Assembly (NCBI RefSeq): GCF_964204645.1
Contig: NC_134029.1
Span: 16,610,950 to 16,674,949, forward strand
Reading direction: 5' to 3'
DNA length: 64,000 nucleotides
Origin: Tubulanus polymorphus
Taxonomy: Eukaryota > Animalia > Nemertea
Under the pieces are notes generated by a model, which was given only the letters and a program-made list of their open reading frames with translations, was not told the DNA's origin and made no database searches. The number at the start of each line of letters is the position of its first letter. Position 1 is the first letter of the stretch. This document shows, piece after piece, positions 1 to 11,450 of this stretch. The translations under genes and the position numbers were made by a program.

Positions 1-1216
1 GCACTGGTGCACCAAAAATCAATTTTGGAATGCAAAATATTTTCTAAATATTATTTCTATTTTTATACAATATAGATTTAGAATGCAAGTTTGGCAAGGA
101 AAATCTGTTACTAAACAGTCTATCAGCAGGTGCGCATAGCTCTAATTGGTTGTTGCGATGCATAGGGAACCCCGCTAATGCGGAATCTCCACACGCTGAT
201 TGTTGCTACGCAATACTTCTCCGGAAAATGAATAAAAGCACACCACACTGACATACAACTCTGCGATCGGTCTAACTGTAAAAATTTAAGGCTTTCAAGA
301 CCATTGTCTGCCAACTTTTCAAATTTAAAGACCCCCACTGACTTTCCCAGCTTAAAACAAGAAATTTAAGACCGCTAAGGTACCGACCCTTGGTGCAAGG
401 TGCCCGTTCAACCTAAGTGATGTAGTCATGCGCATATTAATTCACCTTGTAAAATAAATTTATCCGAACGAAATACTGATAAAATATTATTCAAAAATCT
501 TCTTGATATTACTATCACCATTCAACCCAATATAATGTGAAATATATTTGAATACAAAGTTGCCAGATCTATTTTTTGCAGCGTGTTTAACCCAATTAAT
601 CGGATCTTTCGTTAATTCAGTGACTGTAAAAATGGTGTGCTTTGGTTCGCGGTAAACATACACGACACAATGCCGACACGCTTGTAATAGCTGTCTCATT
701 CATCGAGAGACAAAAATGAGAAACTCAGCGTTTCTCTTTTCGTCTATGACTTTCCATCCATTTTACTAGCATTGGTACGATGTCATAGACATCAACCAAT
801 GCTCAAAACTGATGACCATGAATCTTACCATAATAATAGACAATGTCCTTCGCAATTTATTCTGGTAATAAAATATGCATGGGTAACAATATTAATGGAA
901 CAAACGTTACATCCATAAACTTTGAAGCTTCCTCAAGAAAATTGTCCCATAAAAGTTCTGTACGAAACATCAAGAAAATTGATTAGTGTCTTCCAAAATT
1001 TCCTTTGAAAACTTCAACAAGCAACCTGTCAGATTGAAACATCATTTAAAATTCCCTTGAACACTTCAAAATGTGTCAAATGTGCCGATTTTGGCAAACA
1101 AATGTCGGCCATCTTTATTCTGACTGGGCCAGTTTTTGGGGCTGCAGATGTATCTAGGGTAGATGCATGTAATATATAAACCAAATATCAAGATAGTCTA
1201 TTGAAGCATCTACATA

Positions 1217-2389
1217 CAAGCCTGTAAATAATTTTTTTGCCAGTGCCTGCCACATGTCAGGCACCAACTATAATGCTGCCTGACATTAATGAGTTGGTGC
1301 CTGCCATTTACATGGCAGGCACCAACTGTATGGTGCCTGACATAAATGATTTTGGTGCCTGCCATTTAGCAAAGTACTACTGTTTTATAGAGAATTTCCT
1401 AATTACTAACATTAAAAACATATGAAGAATTGCACACAACCTTTATTAATATTGGAACTTCAACATTAAAATTTACTTTCACAATACCATAAAATCTCTA
1501 ACAGCAATCAGGATGAACCTTACCAACTATACCATAAAATCAATCTCTAATAACAGCAAACGAAACCGGAACCAACAACAGGCGATAGAATACATACAGA
1601 TTTTTACCCAAAATATCGTGATCGGCTAATTGGGCGGATACGATCTGACATAAAAAATCACTTCCTGATCTATGCCACTTTATTGCTCTCAATGATCGTC
1701 AAAATCAAGAAAAGTGGTCGATATTTATTTGAGGTCATTATTTACTACCAATTATAATCTATTTCGAACTATTTTATTTTTACTTTGATTGTTTCATCAC
1801 GGCACAGCGGCAATGGTATACATTTATATAGCGCGAGTTCGTCGTACTACCACGTGTCAGTTCATACATTAGTATATATGCAAATCAGCAGTGAGCCGCA
1901 TACTGCGTGTATGGCTGTGCTAATCAGCTGAGTGAGTCTATATATAGCACAGTCACTCGGCGATGATTGTATACACAACACTCTCACACATCGGTGGGCG
2001 CTATTGTCAGCCTCTTAAATTGTCAATTAAGACGAACTAATTGACAAATCAGTGAATTAAACTCTCTGATGAAGGCCCTCGGCTTATTGGGTGAAGCTTT
2101 ATGAAATCCATGTATTTTAGGCTAAAAAACTGCCCTCGGCTTATTGGCCGGAAAATACGGTAGTGCGAAGACAACTGGCGCGATTTAACGCAATAAACAA
2201 CGGAATTAATTGATCGGTGATAGGAAACGGCGTTATTTATTTTCATATTGGTTCAAAAAAGCTAAAACTAGTAGAACCATAAAAAATTTTCGTGCCGGTC
2301 AGCGTGACAGGCAGGAGCGATTTTGCAACGGACATCGTAGCGTTTAGAGCCGGCCAATGTCCATGACCGGCCGCTTATTTACAGCCTTG
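1217..2389. mobile_element. TIR element (CA..TG ends, hAT-like MITE) with 6-bp TSD, inserted in a Helentron-type repeat
   Basis: TIRs CAAGCCTGTAAATAA / TTATTTACAGCCTTG. TACATA duplicated at 1211-1216 and 2390-2395. Removing it restores the host motif ttgaagc..t.ca.aacttcccaaaataac seen intact near 32978-33008. Confidence 0.7.
1597..2160. mobile_element. 5'-truncated copy of a Tc2/pogo-like MITE (full copy at 46721-47328)
   Basis: Near-identical to 46757-47328. Ends in ...GGCCGGAAAATACGG|TA. Confidence 0.85.
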
Positions 2390-2467
2390 TACATAACTTC
2401 CCAAAATAACCCATCTACGGACGAACGAACAACAAAAAGGGGGGTTGAAGTCCAAGTGGGCTAACAC

Positions 2468-3088
2468 CAGGGATGATAACAGGCCATCATTAAAAAGGTG
2501 GAAAATTCTAAGTCTTGTAATAACTTAGAAATAACGAACGCCGGAGCTGACAGCTACGAGCGCTTAAGGCGCGAAGTATTGACGGGGAGACTGAAAATTT
2601 TGATTTTTCACATTGTCTCAGATCGTTTTTCAGCACCTTTTACACTGAAATTTCACTCAGAAATTCAAACAACATCGTCCATGTTTTACCATCAACACAC
2701 TGCTAGTTCCAAGACGAGTCAAGATGCTCATCATCTATTCATTTGCATAAGAAATCAATGTAGGCGGCGCCACGTTACGGGCCGCAAAAGCCGTTTTTCG
2801 GCACTACACGAGCAACACTTGGTAAAAAAATCAATAATTTAGATACATATATCCACAGACACACGGTCAGGCAACAGATAGATTTAAAACTTCGTAAGTA
2901 TACACATGCCACTATCGAAAATGATTGCATTCAAAAATAGATCGGGAAACGCTTTTATGGTCATACCAATCTATCCTTAAGATGCCATTATCCCCATATT
3001 TTTCAACAGATTGTCATTGATCTGAGAAATGATAAAAATTGATTGAAAAGGCGGATATCCGCCGAACGGCGGAAAATTATCATCCCTG
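2468..3088. mobile_element. hAT-like MITE
   Basis: TIR CAGGGATGATAA / TTATCATCCCTG. TSD only partly preserved (..AACAC). Confidence 0.6.
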
Positions 3089-3459
3089 TCAAACACCCCT
3101 TTCCCAAGGACCTAGATTTCATCCAATCTTTAACCTTATGCGCCTGATTTTGGGAACACAGATCTGCCCTTATTGTGAAGTAAGTAAATAGCCTGGGTTT
3201 TTTAGTGTATTACTCGACGCAACTTTAGATTAAGGATGACACCAAGTATGTAGATACAGTTCACTTAACCCACTTATGCTGTTATCGGATTATTCATTAC
3301 ATATCATTTAGGCGTAAGTCATCTTAATTTTTTTTAGTGTGAATTTGTATTTCTAAATTTACTAAGTTTAAATCGTCAATCATTTAAATAACTCAAGTCA
3401 TCAACATAATGATCATTATAACAACGACTCAGCGAATTTGACTGTGAAAGAGAATTTAC

Positions 3460-3866
3460 CTTTAAATGCAGCCCAATGTAGAGCAGTATCACCATCCTGG
3501 TCTACTAACTGTAACCTAGCGCCTTTTCCCATTAGATAACCTGCTAACATCGTTTTACCGTACTGACATGACACTATCAAGGGAGTACAACCTTTATTAT
3601 CCATCACATCGATAAGAACATTACACTGTAGTAATATTTCTACAACAGCTATATGACCATTCACGCAGGCCCAGTGGATTGGGTGTTGAGCTAATTCGTT
3701 ATCACTCGCCTCATCTATCGGACCTTTAACTTCTATTATGTAACGGAGAATAGTTGTATGACCTCCGAGAGCAGCCCAATGGGCAACTGTATGACCCTTC
3801 TCATCTCTCATTCGTAGAATCTCCACTCCATACGTTTGGACAAACGACTGTACAGGTATTAACATT
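3460..3866 (-). CDS. Ankyrin-repeat palmitoyltransferase (ZDHHC13/17, Patsas-like), coding exon 2; gene continues beyond window start
   Basis: Ankyrin repeats (GHTVAHWAALGGH, HPIHWACVNGH, GCTPLIVSCQYG, GDTALHWAAFKG). AG acceptor at 3867-3868 and GT donor at 3458-3459. Phase matches exon 1. DHHC domain is not in the window, so the family call comes from recalled similarity. Confidence 0.8.
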
Positions 3867-3929
3867 CTGAAAAACAACAGACAGAAAATATTCATAAGAA
3901 GTTTCTCATTGTACTGAAGTAAATTCTTC

Positions 3930-4412
3930 GTGTTACTTGCCCTAGGCTTGACTCAGTGTCAAATAAATGTTCCTGGCCCCAGGCAAGTAGCGTTACTCGC
4001 CTGAGGCCAGTTTGGGCTTGACTCCGGTATAAATGTTAATGGCCCTAGAAGTAACATTACTTGCCAGAGACCAGTTTGGGCTCGACATCAGTGCAAATAG
4101 ATGTTGTGGCCCTAGGCAAGTAATGCTGTTACTTACCTGAGGCCATTGGGCTTGACTCCGTGTCAAATAACTAATGTTACTGGCCCTAAGGAAGTAACAG
4201 TGTTACTTGCCTGAGGCGAGTTTGGCTTGATAATGTTACTTGCCTGAGGCCAGTTTAAGGCAGGCCTATGCAAAACCTTAAACTGGCCTGAGCCAAGTAA
4301 CATTACTTGCCTTTACTGGCCTGAGGCAAGTTACATTACGTGCCTCAGGCCAATTTAGGTAGAATTTTATAAGACTGGCTGCCGCTGGTACCATGTTACT
4401 GGCCTGAGGCGA
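3930..4412. repeat. Degenerate ~60-bp minisatellite (core TTACTTGCCTGAGGCCAG) that flips orientation near 4270
   Basis: Repeated core on + up to ~4260, then reverse-complement copies (AAACTGGCCTGAG...AAGTAAC) to ~4410. Confidence 0.75.
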
Positions 4413-4682
4413 TGTCTCGTCAGCTTCCTGACTCTGGAGCGCGGTACATCAGTTACAGCACCCATCTGAATGGATCCATGCCTCCCATGCCTAGGCCCAT
4501 AAGTTCATTAAATTTGTCAATCATTTTTGTTATCAACCACAGAAAAATAAATGTATTAACACGTTTGCTGCCGCCTAGCGGTTAAGGTCCGGTACTATTG
4601 CCAATGCTAATTTTTGACATTATACAATTCATATGCTGCCAGCACTATTTGTTCATTGATAAATCAACATACAAATCTAATG

Positions 4683-6139
4683 AACTAGGAGTCCAAGGAC
4701 ACCATGCCCACTTGGGAAGTGGTTTCAAATGCTCAACAATCTAACAGTTTCAATATTCAACGCCCCCTGGTGACCATATACAAAAACCAATGACCTTGAA
4801 ACTCACTACAATCATAGAACATGTCAGCAGCTACGATTTGGTAATTGATTGTGATAACAAAATATGCCTCGTTACCAATTTAATATGGAAATACTTAGTT
4901 ATTCTACTATTCAACGCCCCCTGGTGACCATATTCAAAACCCAATAACCTTGGAACTCACCACAATCATAGAACATGTCACAAACTACAACTTTGCAATC
5001 GATCATGGTAACAAAATATGCCTAGGTACCAATATAATATGGAAATACTAGGTTATTTTACTATTCAAGGCCCCCTGGTGACCATATAGAATAGCTAATT
5101 TCCTTAAAACTCGCCACAATCATAGACGATGTCATGAGCTACAACTTTGCAATCGATTGTGGTAACAAAATATGTGTTGGTACAAATATAATATAGAAAT
5201 ACTAAGATATTGTATTATTCAACACCCCCTGGTGGTCATATACAAAAACCAATGAACTTGAAACTCACCACAATCATAGAACACGTTATAAGCTACAACT
5301 TTCTAATTCATTGTTGTAACAAAATATGCTTAGGTATCAATATAATGTCGAAAAACTTTTTCGTACTGATGACACCAAGATGGCCGCCAATTGCGCCATA
5401 ATTGGCTGATCAAAAATATCTGTCACAGGTATAAAACATCCCTTTCCAAAGAATACCCAACGCTATTGCAATGAGAAATGGCAAACCAGTAGGAAGCTAC
5501 AGGACTCAGAATTCGGGCCAAATTGACATTTTTGGGCACTCAAAAGGTCATAGGACGACCATCTTGCGTCCGATGGACCCAATTTTTGTTATGCTGATGG
5601 GCTCTTGGGGGTTTAAATATAAACAAAAGATAATAATAATATTCAAGGTAATTGAACAAGGCGTTGAAAAACGTCCCTGGTGGCCATATACAAAAACTAA
5701 TGACCTTGAAACTCACCACAATCATAGAACACGTTATGACCTACAACTTCCCAAGTGATTGTGGTAGCCTAACAAAATATGCTTAGGTATCAATATAATG
5801 TGGAAATACTTTTTTCCACCTACAAATGAGTACTGGTGACACCAAGATGGCCGCCAACTGTGTCATAAATGGCTGATCAAAAATACCTGTCACAGAAACA
5901 TACTTCAAAAATGTGTTAAAAGTGCTGAATTTGGCGAACAACAATGGCTGCCAGTCGGCCATCTTGAATCTGAGATTTTTTTTGCTGAGGATGTATCTCG
6001 GGTAGATACATGTATAAACCAAATATCAAGACCTTACCTTGAAGCGTCTTCAAAACTGCCCAAAATAAATGGATTGCGTCTATGGACGAAAAGTAAACGC
6101 AATAGCCCGCTGGGGCTTAAGTCCCAAGTGGGCTAAAAA
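4683..6139 (-). mobile_element. Full-length non-autonomous Helentron/DINE-1-like element (family A) with internal 154-bp tandem array
   Basis: Read on minus: 5' TTTTAGCCCACTTGGGAC..hairpin, subterminal IR GCCCACTTGGG/CCCAAGTGGGC, 3' stem-loop then CTAGTT. Array units start at 4755, 4909, 5063 and 5217. Confidence 0.75.
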
Positions 6140-6228
6140 TGACATAGAATGATTTTAGTCGTTATATGTTCTCTAAATATTGGCCGGAAAACAAGCTAAA
6201 ATTCTTTGCTTTCTGAAGATTTTTATGA

Positions 6229-6669
6229 AACAAGGAGCCTATCGGCTTATATAGCTCCGCTGTGTGATTTGAAGAAATGGAAGCTGCATACCTAGGGGTG
6301 CCCCCTTTTGGCCAAATCCAAGAAGGGCTCTGTACTGTAGGTATTGGTCCATAGAACATTCAAACCAAATTTGGACTTGATCTGATTAAAACGTAGGACT
6401 AATAGCATTTTGAAGAAATAGAAGTTCCACCCCAGGGGCGCCCCCTGGAGGATGAATTCAAAAAAAGGCTCTGTAACTTAATAGGCCTTGGTCCATAGAA
6501 CATTCATGCCAAATTTGGAATTGATCTGATTAAAACTGTAGGACAAGTAGCGAATTGAAGGAAAAGTTGACAATAGAACGAACGAACGAAGGAACAAACG
6601 AACGGACGACGACGGCTCACCCCCTAACGCATTAGCTCCGCTGATCTTCGGTCACAGCGGAGCTAAAAA
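6229..6669 (-). mobile_element. Non-autonomous Helentron-type element (family B)
   Basis: Subterminal IR TAGCTCCGCTGTG / CACAGCGGAGCTA, terminal hairpin, (GAAC)n/(GAC)n microsatellite and two ~142-bp internal units. Confidence 0.7.
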
Positions 6670-7227
6670 TTTCAAGTGTACACCAGACTTGAGTACCCCA
6701 ATAAATAATATCTTAGTCTCTCCATACTGCCAGACAATTGTTAGCTGGTTTCTTGCCTCTGCCAGGTCATTCATAACGCTATGAAATGACATTGAATCGA
6801 TGACGATATAACTCATCATGGCAAACTGCTGTTCACCCACCATGACGATTTATCTCGTCAGCGGCAGCGAACGTGTTAAGACACACGCACATTGTTCTTG
6901 CTTATTGGAACACATCTTAACTTACTGAATACTGAATCGCTAGAATTCAAGAGTGTAGCCTTATCAAATTAACAATGCCTAACTCTTAATTATGACTAAT
7001 CAGATTTTTATAAAATTAACTAATCAACTCTATAAACAATTTAATCTTTTTGTAATGAAAAGAATATACCAATTATTTGTAAAGAAATAAATATTATGAA
7101 GTGAGAGAGCTTTTTATAGAAACCCTGTCACCGAAACCAATATTAATCAAGAAACGAGCCGGACACCAATAGGCCACCACCAGGCCTCCTTCTGTCCGTG
7201 ATTTTGATGATGATTAATATAGAAAGA

Positions 7228-7610
7228 AGTGGATATTTTGCTAACGTAGCATTATGTTATTAAACGGTATTTTGCTGACACCTACGGCCTACATATATGT
7301 AATAAGATATACTAACAAAATTAACAATAAAATCATTAGGGTTAAGAGGGTAATTCGGCTAGGGTTAAGTTAGGGGGTTAGTTTGAATGCTATACGTAGT
7401 TAAATCATACGGACAATTTCAACGAGTCATGGTGGCCTAGTGGTAAGACGCTGTGCTAGCAATATGCTGGCCCGGGTGTCGATATCTGCTCTATTTTCTT
7501 TTAAGTCCGTTCCCCACACTTTCCTTGAGATCATAGCTTTTCCTACCTAATCATAGATCAAAATAGGCAAATAGTGTCAACAGGAATGCTGCGTCGGCAA
7601 AATATCACCT
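7228..7610. mobile_element. TIR element containing telomere-like repeats and a tRNA-like segment
   Basis: TIR GATATTTTGC.AACG.AGCATT / AATGCTGCGTCGGCAAAATATC. TTAGGG-like tract at 7335-7381. A-box TGGCCTAGTGG at 7433-7443. Confidence 0.6.
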
Positions 7611-7783
7611 GCCAAATTAAGTGAATGAAGAGAAAAAACAGCTGTTGTGTCACCAAATTTCCATTTAAGCTGAAGGCCTAGCCCTAACCAGGCCTGTCTC
7701 AAAAACGATGGAAAAAACGAAAATGGAAATAGCCCTTCCATTATATTGTCTCTCTGAAATCATTTTATTTCCATACGTCAAAA

Positions 7784-7917
7784 GGCCCAAGTCCGATATA
7801 CGTCGAAAATAGTACGAAATTAATGCGCAAAGACGCCTTTAAGGCGTTTTTATTGAGTAAAATTGAGTAAAAACTTCACGCATAGCGCTCTATTTCGACG
7901 TATATCGGACTTGAGCC
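7784..7917. mobile_element. Small MITE with GG..CC ends and 8-bp TSD (Merlin- or hAT-like)
   Basis: TIR GGCCCAAGTCCGATATACGTCGAAA. CGTCAAAA duplicated at 7776-7783 and 7918-7925. Confidence 0.8.
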
Positions 7918-8030
7918 CGTCAAAATTGGAAAATTTTCTTGACTAGCGACGCTGACAGAAGTCGTGTAACAATAATAAAAGGTAGAATTGAAATTGAATC
8001 GTCCATCGGCATCATCATGATCTAACTTAC

Positions 8031-8197
8031 CCAGCTTTAACGGCGTCAAAAACAGTTAAACCACCACCTCCGCCATGACGTTTATTTGCCGTTTCCATGC
8101 AGCTATCATGACAACCTCCATCAACCCCTGGATCGAAAGCAATCGGGGGATTACTTGTAAAAGATGAAAGATTTAGGGCAGACATGGAGGTCGCCAT
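8031..8197 (-). CDS. ZDHHC13/17 (Patsas-like) coding exon 1
   Basis: ATG in AAGATGGCG context; MATSMSALNL...TVFDAVKAG. Donor GG|GTAAGT joins exon 2 in frame. Confidence 0.75.
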
Positions 8198-8417
8198 CTT
8201 GAAACAAAAACCAACGCCAAACACAAAGCTGAAACATCGAATTCAACATTCGTTTAACATTTATTTTGTAGGAACTGATTTAAATTCTAAACGTATGAAA
8301 TTAATAAGCAAAAAGTTAAGGCAAGATTAAAAGATAAATTGCTTTTTTGAATTAGTCTATGGCATGATATTTGGTGTTCTGGTCGTTTCAGTACCTGTTG
8401 TTTATAATTTTGAAGCT
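8198..8417. promoter_or_regulatory. Putative bidirectional promoter and 5' UTRs shared by the ZDHHC-like gene and RBX1
   Basis: Divergent start codons 220 bp apart. YY1-like CAAGATGGCG overlaps the minus-strand ATG. Confidence 0.65.
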
Positions 8418-8501
8418 ATGGCTGCTGCGATGGAAGTTGATGATGATTCCCCCATTCCTAGCACCGAAAAGGGTTCCAAAAAGCGATTTGAAGTCAAAAA
8501 G
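8418..8501 (+). CDS. RBX1: RING-box protein 1, exon 1
   Basis: MAAAMEVDDDSPIPSTEKGSKKRFEVKK followed by GTGAGA donor. Confidence 0.95.
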
Positions 8502-8671
8502 GTGAGATATAAAGATGCGTTAACTGGTTAAGAAATGAAGGTCTAAAGTTGCGAATAAAACCTGCGAAATTTGTAGCTTTAACTGTTCAAGTAAAGTATT
8601 ATAATATATAGGCATGAAGGAATTCTTGAATTCCACATACACAACAGTCAATAGATTAGCCTGAATACCAG

Positions 8672-9070
8672 AGGCACTTTTACAAAATTGAATCTGATTC
8701 GGTTTAGCTAAATCCGATTCGATGTTGGAAAAGGATTAGTAAATCGAATCGTTTTTCGTAAATGAGTCGAATCAATTTATCAATTTAAAGGTCGCAATTC
8801 GTAGGAAAATGGGCGTTAGTGGTGACCGAATTATTGATAGATGATGGTCTGCGAAAGATGCCTTAAGCCCGAGGTCGAAGAGGACGCCATGTTGGATTTC
8901 ACTGAATAAATCGCCACTAACTTGCTCGGCGAGCAAGTTAGTCGATTTAAGTCAATTTACTAAACCGCGTCCATAAACAAGTTGATTTACCAAATCCGAT
9001 TCACTAAACCGTGTGCCGTAAACGTGAAAATTAAATCGATTTACAAAGATTCAGTTTCGTAAAAGCGCCT
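8672..9070. mobile_element. PIF/Harbinger-like MITE
   Basis: TIR AGGC.CTTTTAC.AAA.TGAATC with CAG 3-bp TSD on both sides. Confidence 0.75.
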
Positions 9071-10789
9071 CAGTCGTTGTTACGGTTCCCTACAACATCT
9101 GACGCTAAAGTATCATATAGAGGTTTAGTCAGTAACCTGTCTGTGGTTTAGTTTCACGGTCGGATATTTTCACAAACCACAGTCAGGAATGGGAAGGTCA
9201 TTTTTGTATGAAATCTTCGTCAGCCAATTTGACTGACGAGTAATTTGCCTGGCATTTCATTGTCTCTTAAGATATCCGTCAAATTTTTGTTGTAATCGAC
9301 ACACAACAGATTCGTAGTTTGTCTGATACCTATAACACCTCACCTGACGATCTTAATCCATGTGCAAATCGGCCGTAAAGTGAGAGTAAATTTCCGTAGA
9401 GTCAACAGCTGCCATTTTGAAAATTACTGGAGGTGCTGGCACCTGTGGACTGAGGCCGGGACAACAGCACAAACTAACGAAGCGAAACGACGAAATTGAA
9501 AAATATTAAGAAATCAACACTTATTCACATTTTTCTTTTACCAGAATTTATTATTTCATTATTTATAATGGAAAACACGAAGATTTGAAATATAGGTTGG
9601 AAAACCATCAAAAATAAAAATTGTCGTTTCGTCTTGGAAGTTTTATCTAAATCCTTGTAGGTCCCCTTGTCTTATCATGCCACATGTGCAATACAGAGAA
9701 ATGGCGGCCAATGGCGAAATTTGTAAGGAAATTAATTAATTTCTCAAAATAATGTTGATTAATCACTCGAAACATACATAGAATTGGATTATTTCGAAAG
9801 GTACCTGTGTTAGTTTGTGAATTAAGCCATTAATTGTGGACTGAAGTGGATAGAAAGTATATTTTTGAAGTGTTACTTTTTTCAACCGTGTTTTGGTCCT
9901 TGTCATCCCTAACGTTGGTATAAGCCCATCCGATTATAAAAAGCTTACCACCAACGATTAGGTAACTAACTAATAGAGGTTAACTCCTGTTAATTGCAAT
10001 GCAACAACTGATTTTAGTGTCAAATCAAACCTTTGTACTAAAATAAATTAATTAGTTACCTTGTTGACTTTGAAAATGTTTTATAATAAAAATTTTGATG
10101 ATTTAAATCGCGAACCGGAGAGTTTATTGATTTGATTTGAATTGAATTGAGTGCCACTATCGGGATTTCCAATACGGACTAAATTAATAAAATGTGAAAA
10201 TTCAATATGTCTCTGAAATTACTCTAAATGTTATTTATTGTCGAAAAAACGCATAAATTTTGGTCAATTTTAACCTTAAGAATTTGAAACAAGAATAATA
10301 TCTGCATTGGCATCAATGTCAGTCCAAGTTTAAGTCCAAATCTGTAATTTACACTCCCACCATGCACCACGAAAAGCCGCCATATTTGTTATGGTGTTTC
10401 ACTTAAACTATTTTTTGAGGCGACTAGTCAAAAGTTTTGAGCTACTACGATCGTATAAAGCTACTTAGGATTACAAATTTATGCACAAACAATAGTTAAC
10501 TTCCATCTGATTACAGAACAGTCAGTTTGAGGTAAGTTGATGGTGTTTTAAGGGGTGAAATAGACACTCAAAAGGAGGGACGAAAATAAACCTTTGTATG
10601 AGCACTTTCCCCCTAGACCTGAAATCCTATACATACATTTTATCAACTTATACATACATTTCATCAAAATACACATTTTTGATTACATTCATTCTTTTAA
10701 CCAGTAGTACCATTTTTCAGAATTTTATACATATAATACACTCTGGTCATTAATCTACAGGAGTGATATGACAGGGATATAAACTTTTA

Positions 10790-11200
10790 ACTACCATAGT
10801 ACGCTGGTGGATTAACATTCTTACCTGACCTCGAACGCGTAATTCTCTGATACCTAGCCATTACATAATCATCTGGGTTGTAGCCTGGATTATTTACATG
10901 AATTTGATTCTGGTTTTCGGGAACATCGTTTATATTTGGATTTTGATTATTATGATCGTTGCTGTTGTCCGGGTAATCAAGAGGTGATATTTCGGTTGAA
11001 TTTTTTCTTGTACGGCTTTGAGATGACGTCTATTACGTCTGTATATGGAGCCCTCTTGAGTTTTGACCAAATATGATCGCGGTTGTTTATATTTTCTAAT
11101 TACTTTCCCTATCTTTGACCAAGTTTTTTCGGTGTCTTATTTTATGCATACAACTTGACCAGATTCTAATTCGGGTAATTCTTTAACGCCATGGTGTTTA
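10790..11200 (-). mobile_element. Ty3/Gypsy integrase C-terminal remnant
   Basis: Manual minus-strand translation LPELESGQVV..W..GKVIRKYKQPRSYLVKTQEGSIYRRNRRHL, with a stop codon. Confidence 0.75.
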
Positions 11201-11224
11201 TTAGGCTATATGATGACGCCATGT

Positions 11225-11450
11225 TTTGTTGATGGGTTTCGTCGTCAGACGAACCCATCTATGGCATCGTCGTCATGTCTGTCTGTCTGTCCGTCTGTGG
11301 ATGTTTCTTTATGACACGATTTAAGCTGTTTGTGTTGACCGACAATTCTGTAATTTCACACAGGTATTCTGTACTTGATGTAGATGGTGCAGCTTGGTTT
11401 ATATTTGATTCCGATGGTTATAAGTGCTCTAATTTGGTTAAAAGATAATT
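11225..11450 (+). mobile_element. 5' part of another Helentron-type element interrupting the Gypsy remnant
   Basis: Hairpin GATGGGTTTCGTC..GACGAACCCATC followed by a (GTCT)n microsatellite. 3' end not defined. Confidence 0.5.

Larger units (their letters stand above)
4560..6875. mobile_element. piggyBac-type non-autonomous element hosting two nested Helentron-type elements
   Basis: TTAA|CACGTTTGCTGCCGC ... GCGGCAGCGAACGTG|TTAA. Confidence 0.75.

Noticed and set aside
2064-2100. Hammerhead at CTGATGA (also near 47234)
   Set aside because: No GAAA core or stem III follows; it is part of a MITE subterminal repeat.
1-3400. Further ZDHHC-like exons
   Set aside because: No ankyrin or DHHC-like reading frame with splice sites was found; the region is repeat-derived.
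4755-5370. CRISPR or coding repeat in the 154-bp array (ORFs at 5210, 5471, 18193 and 18719)
   Set aside because: Units are homologous along their full length, 154 is not a multiple of 3, and the ORFs are not kept between copies.
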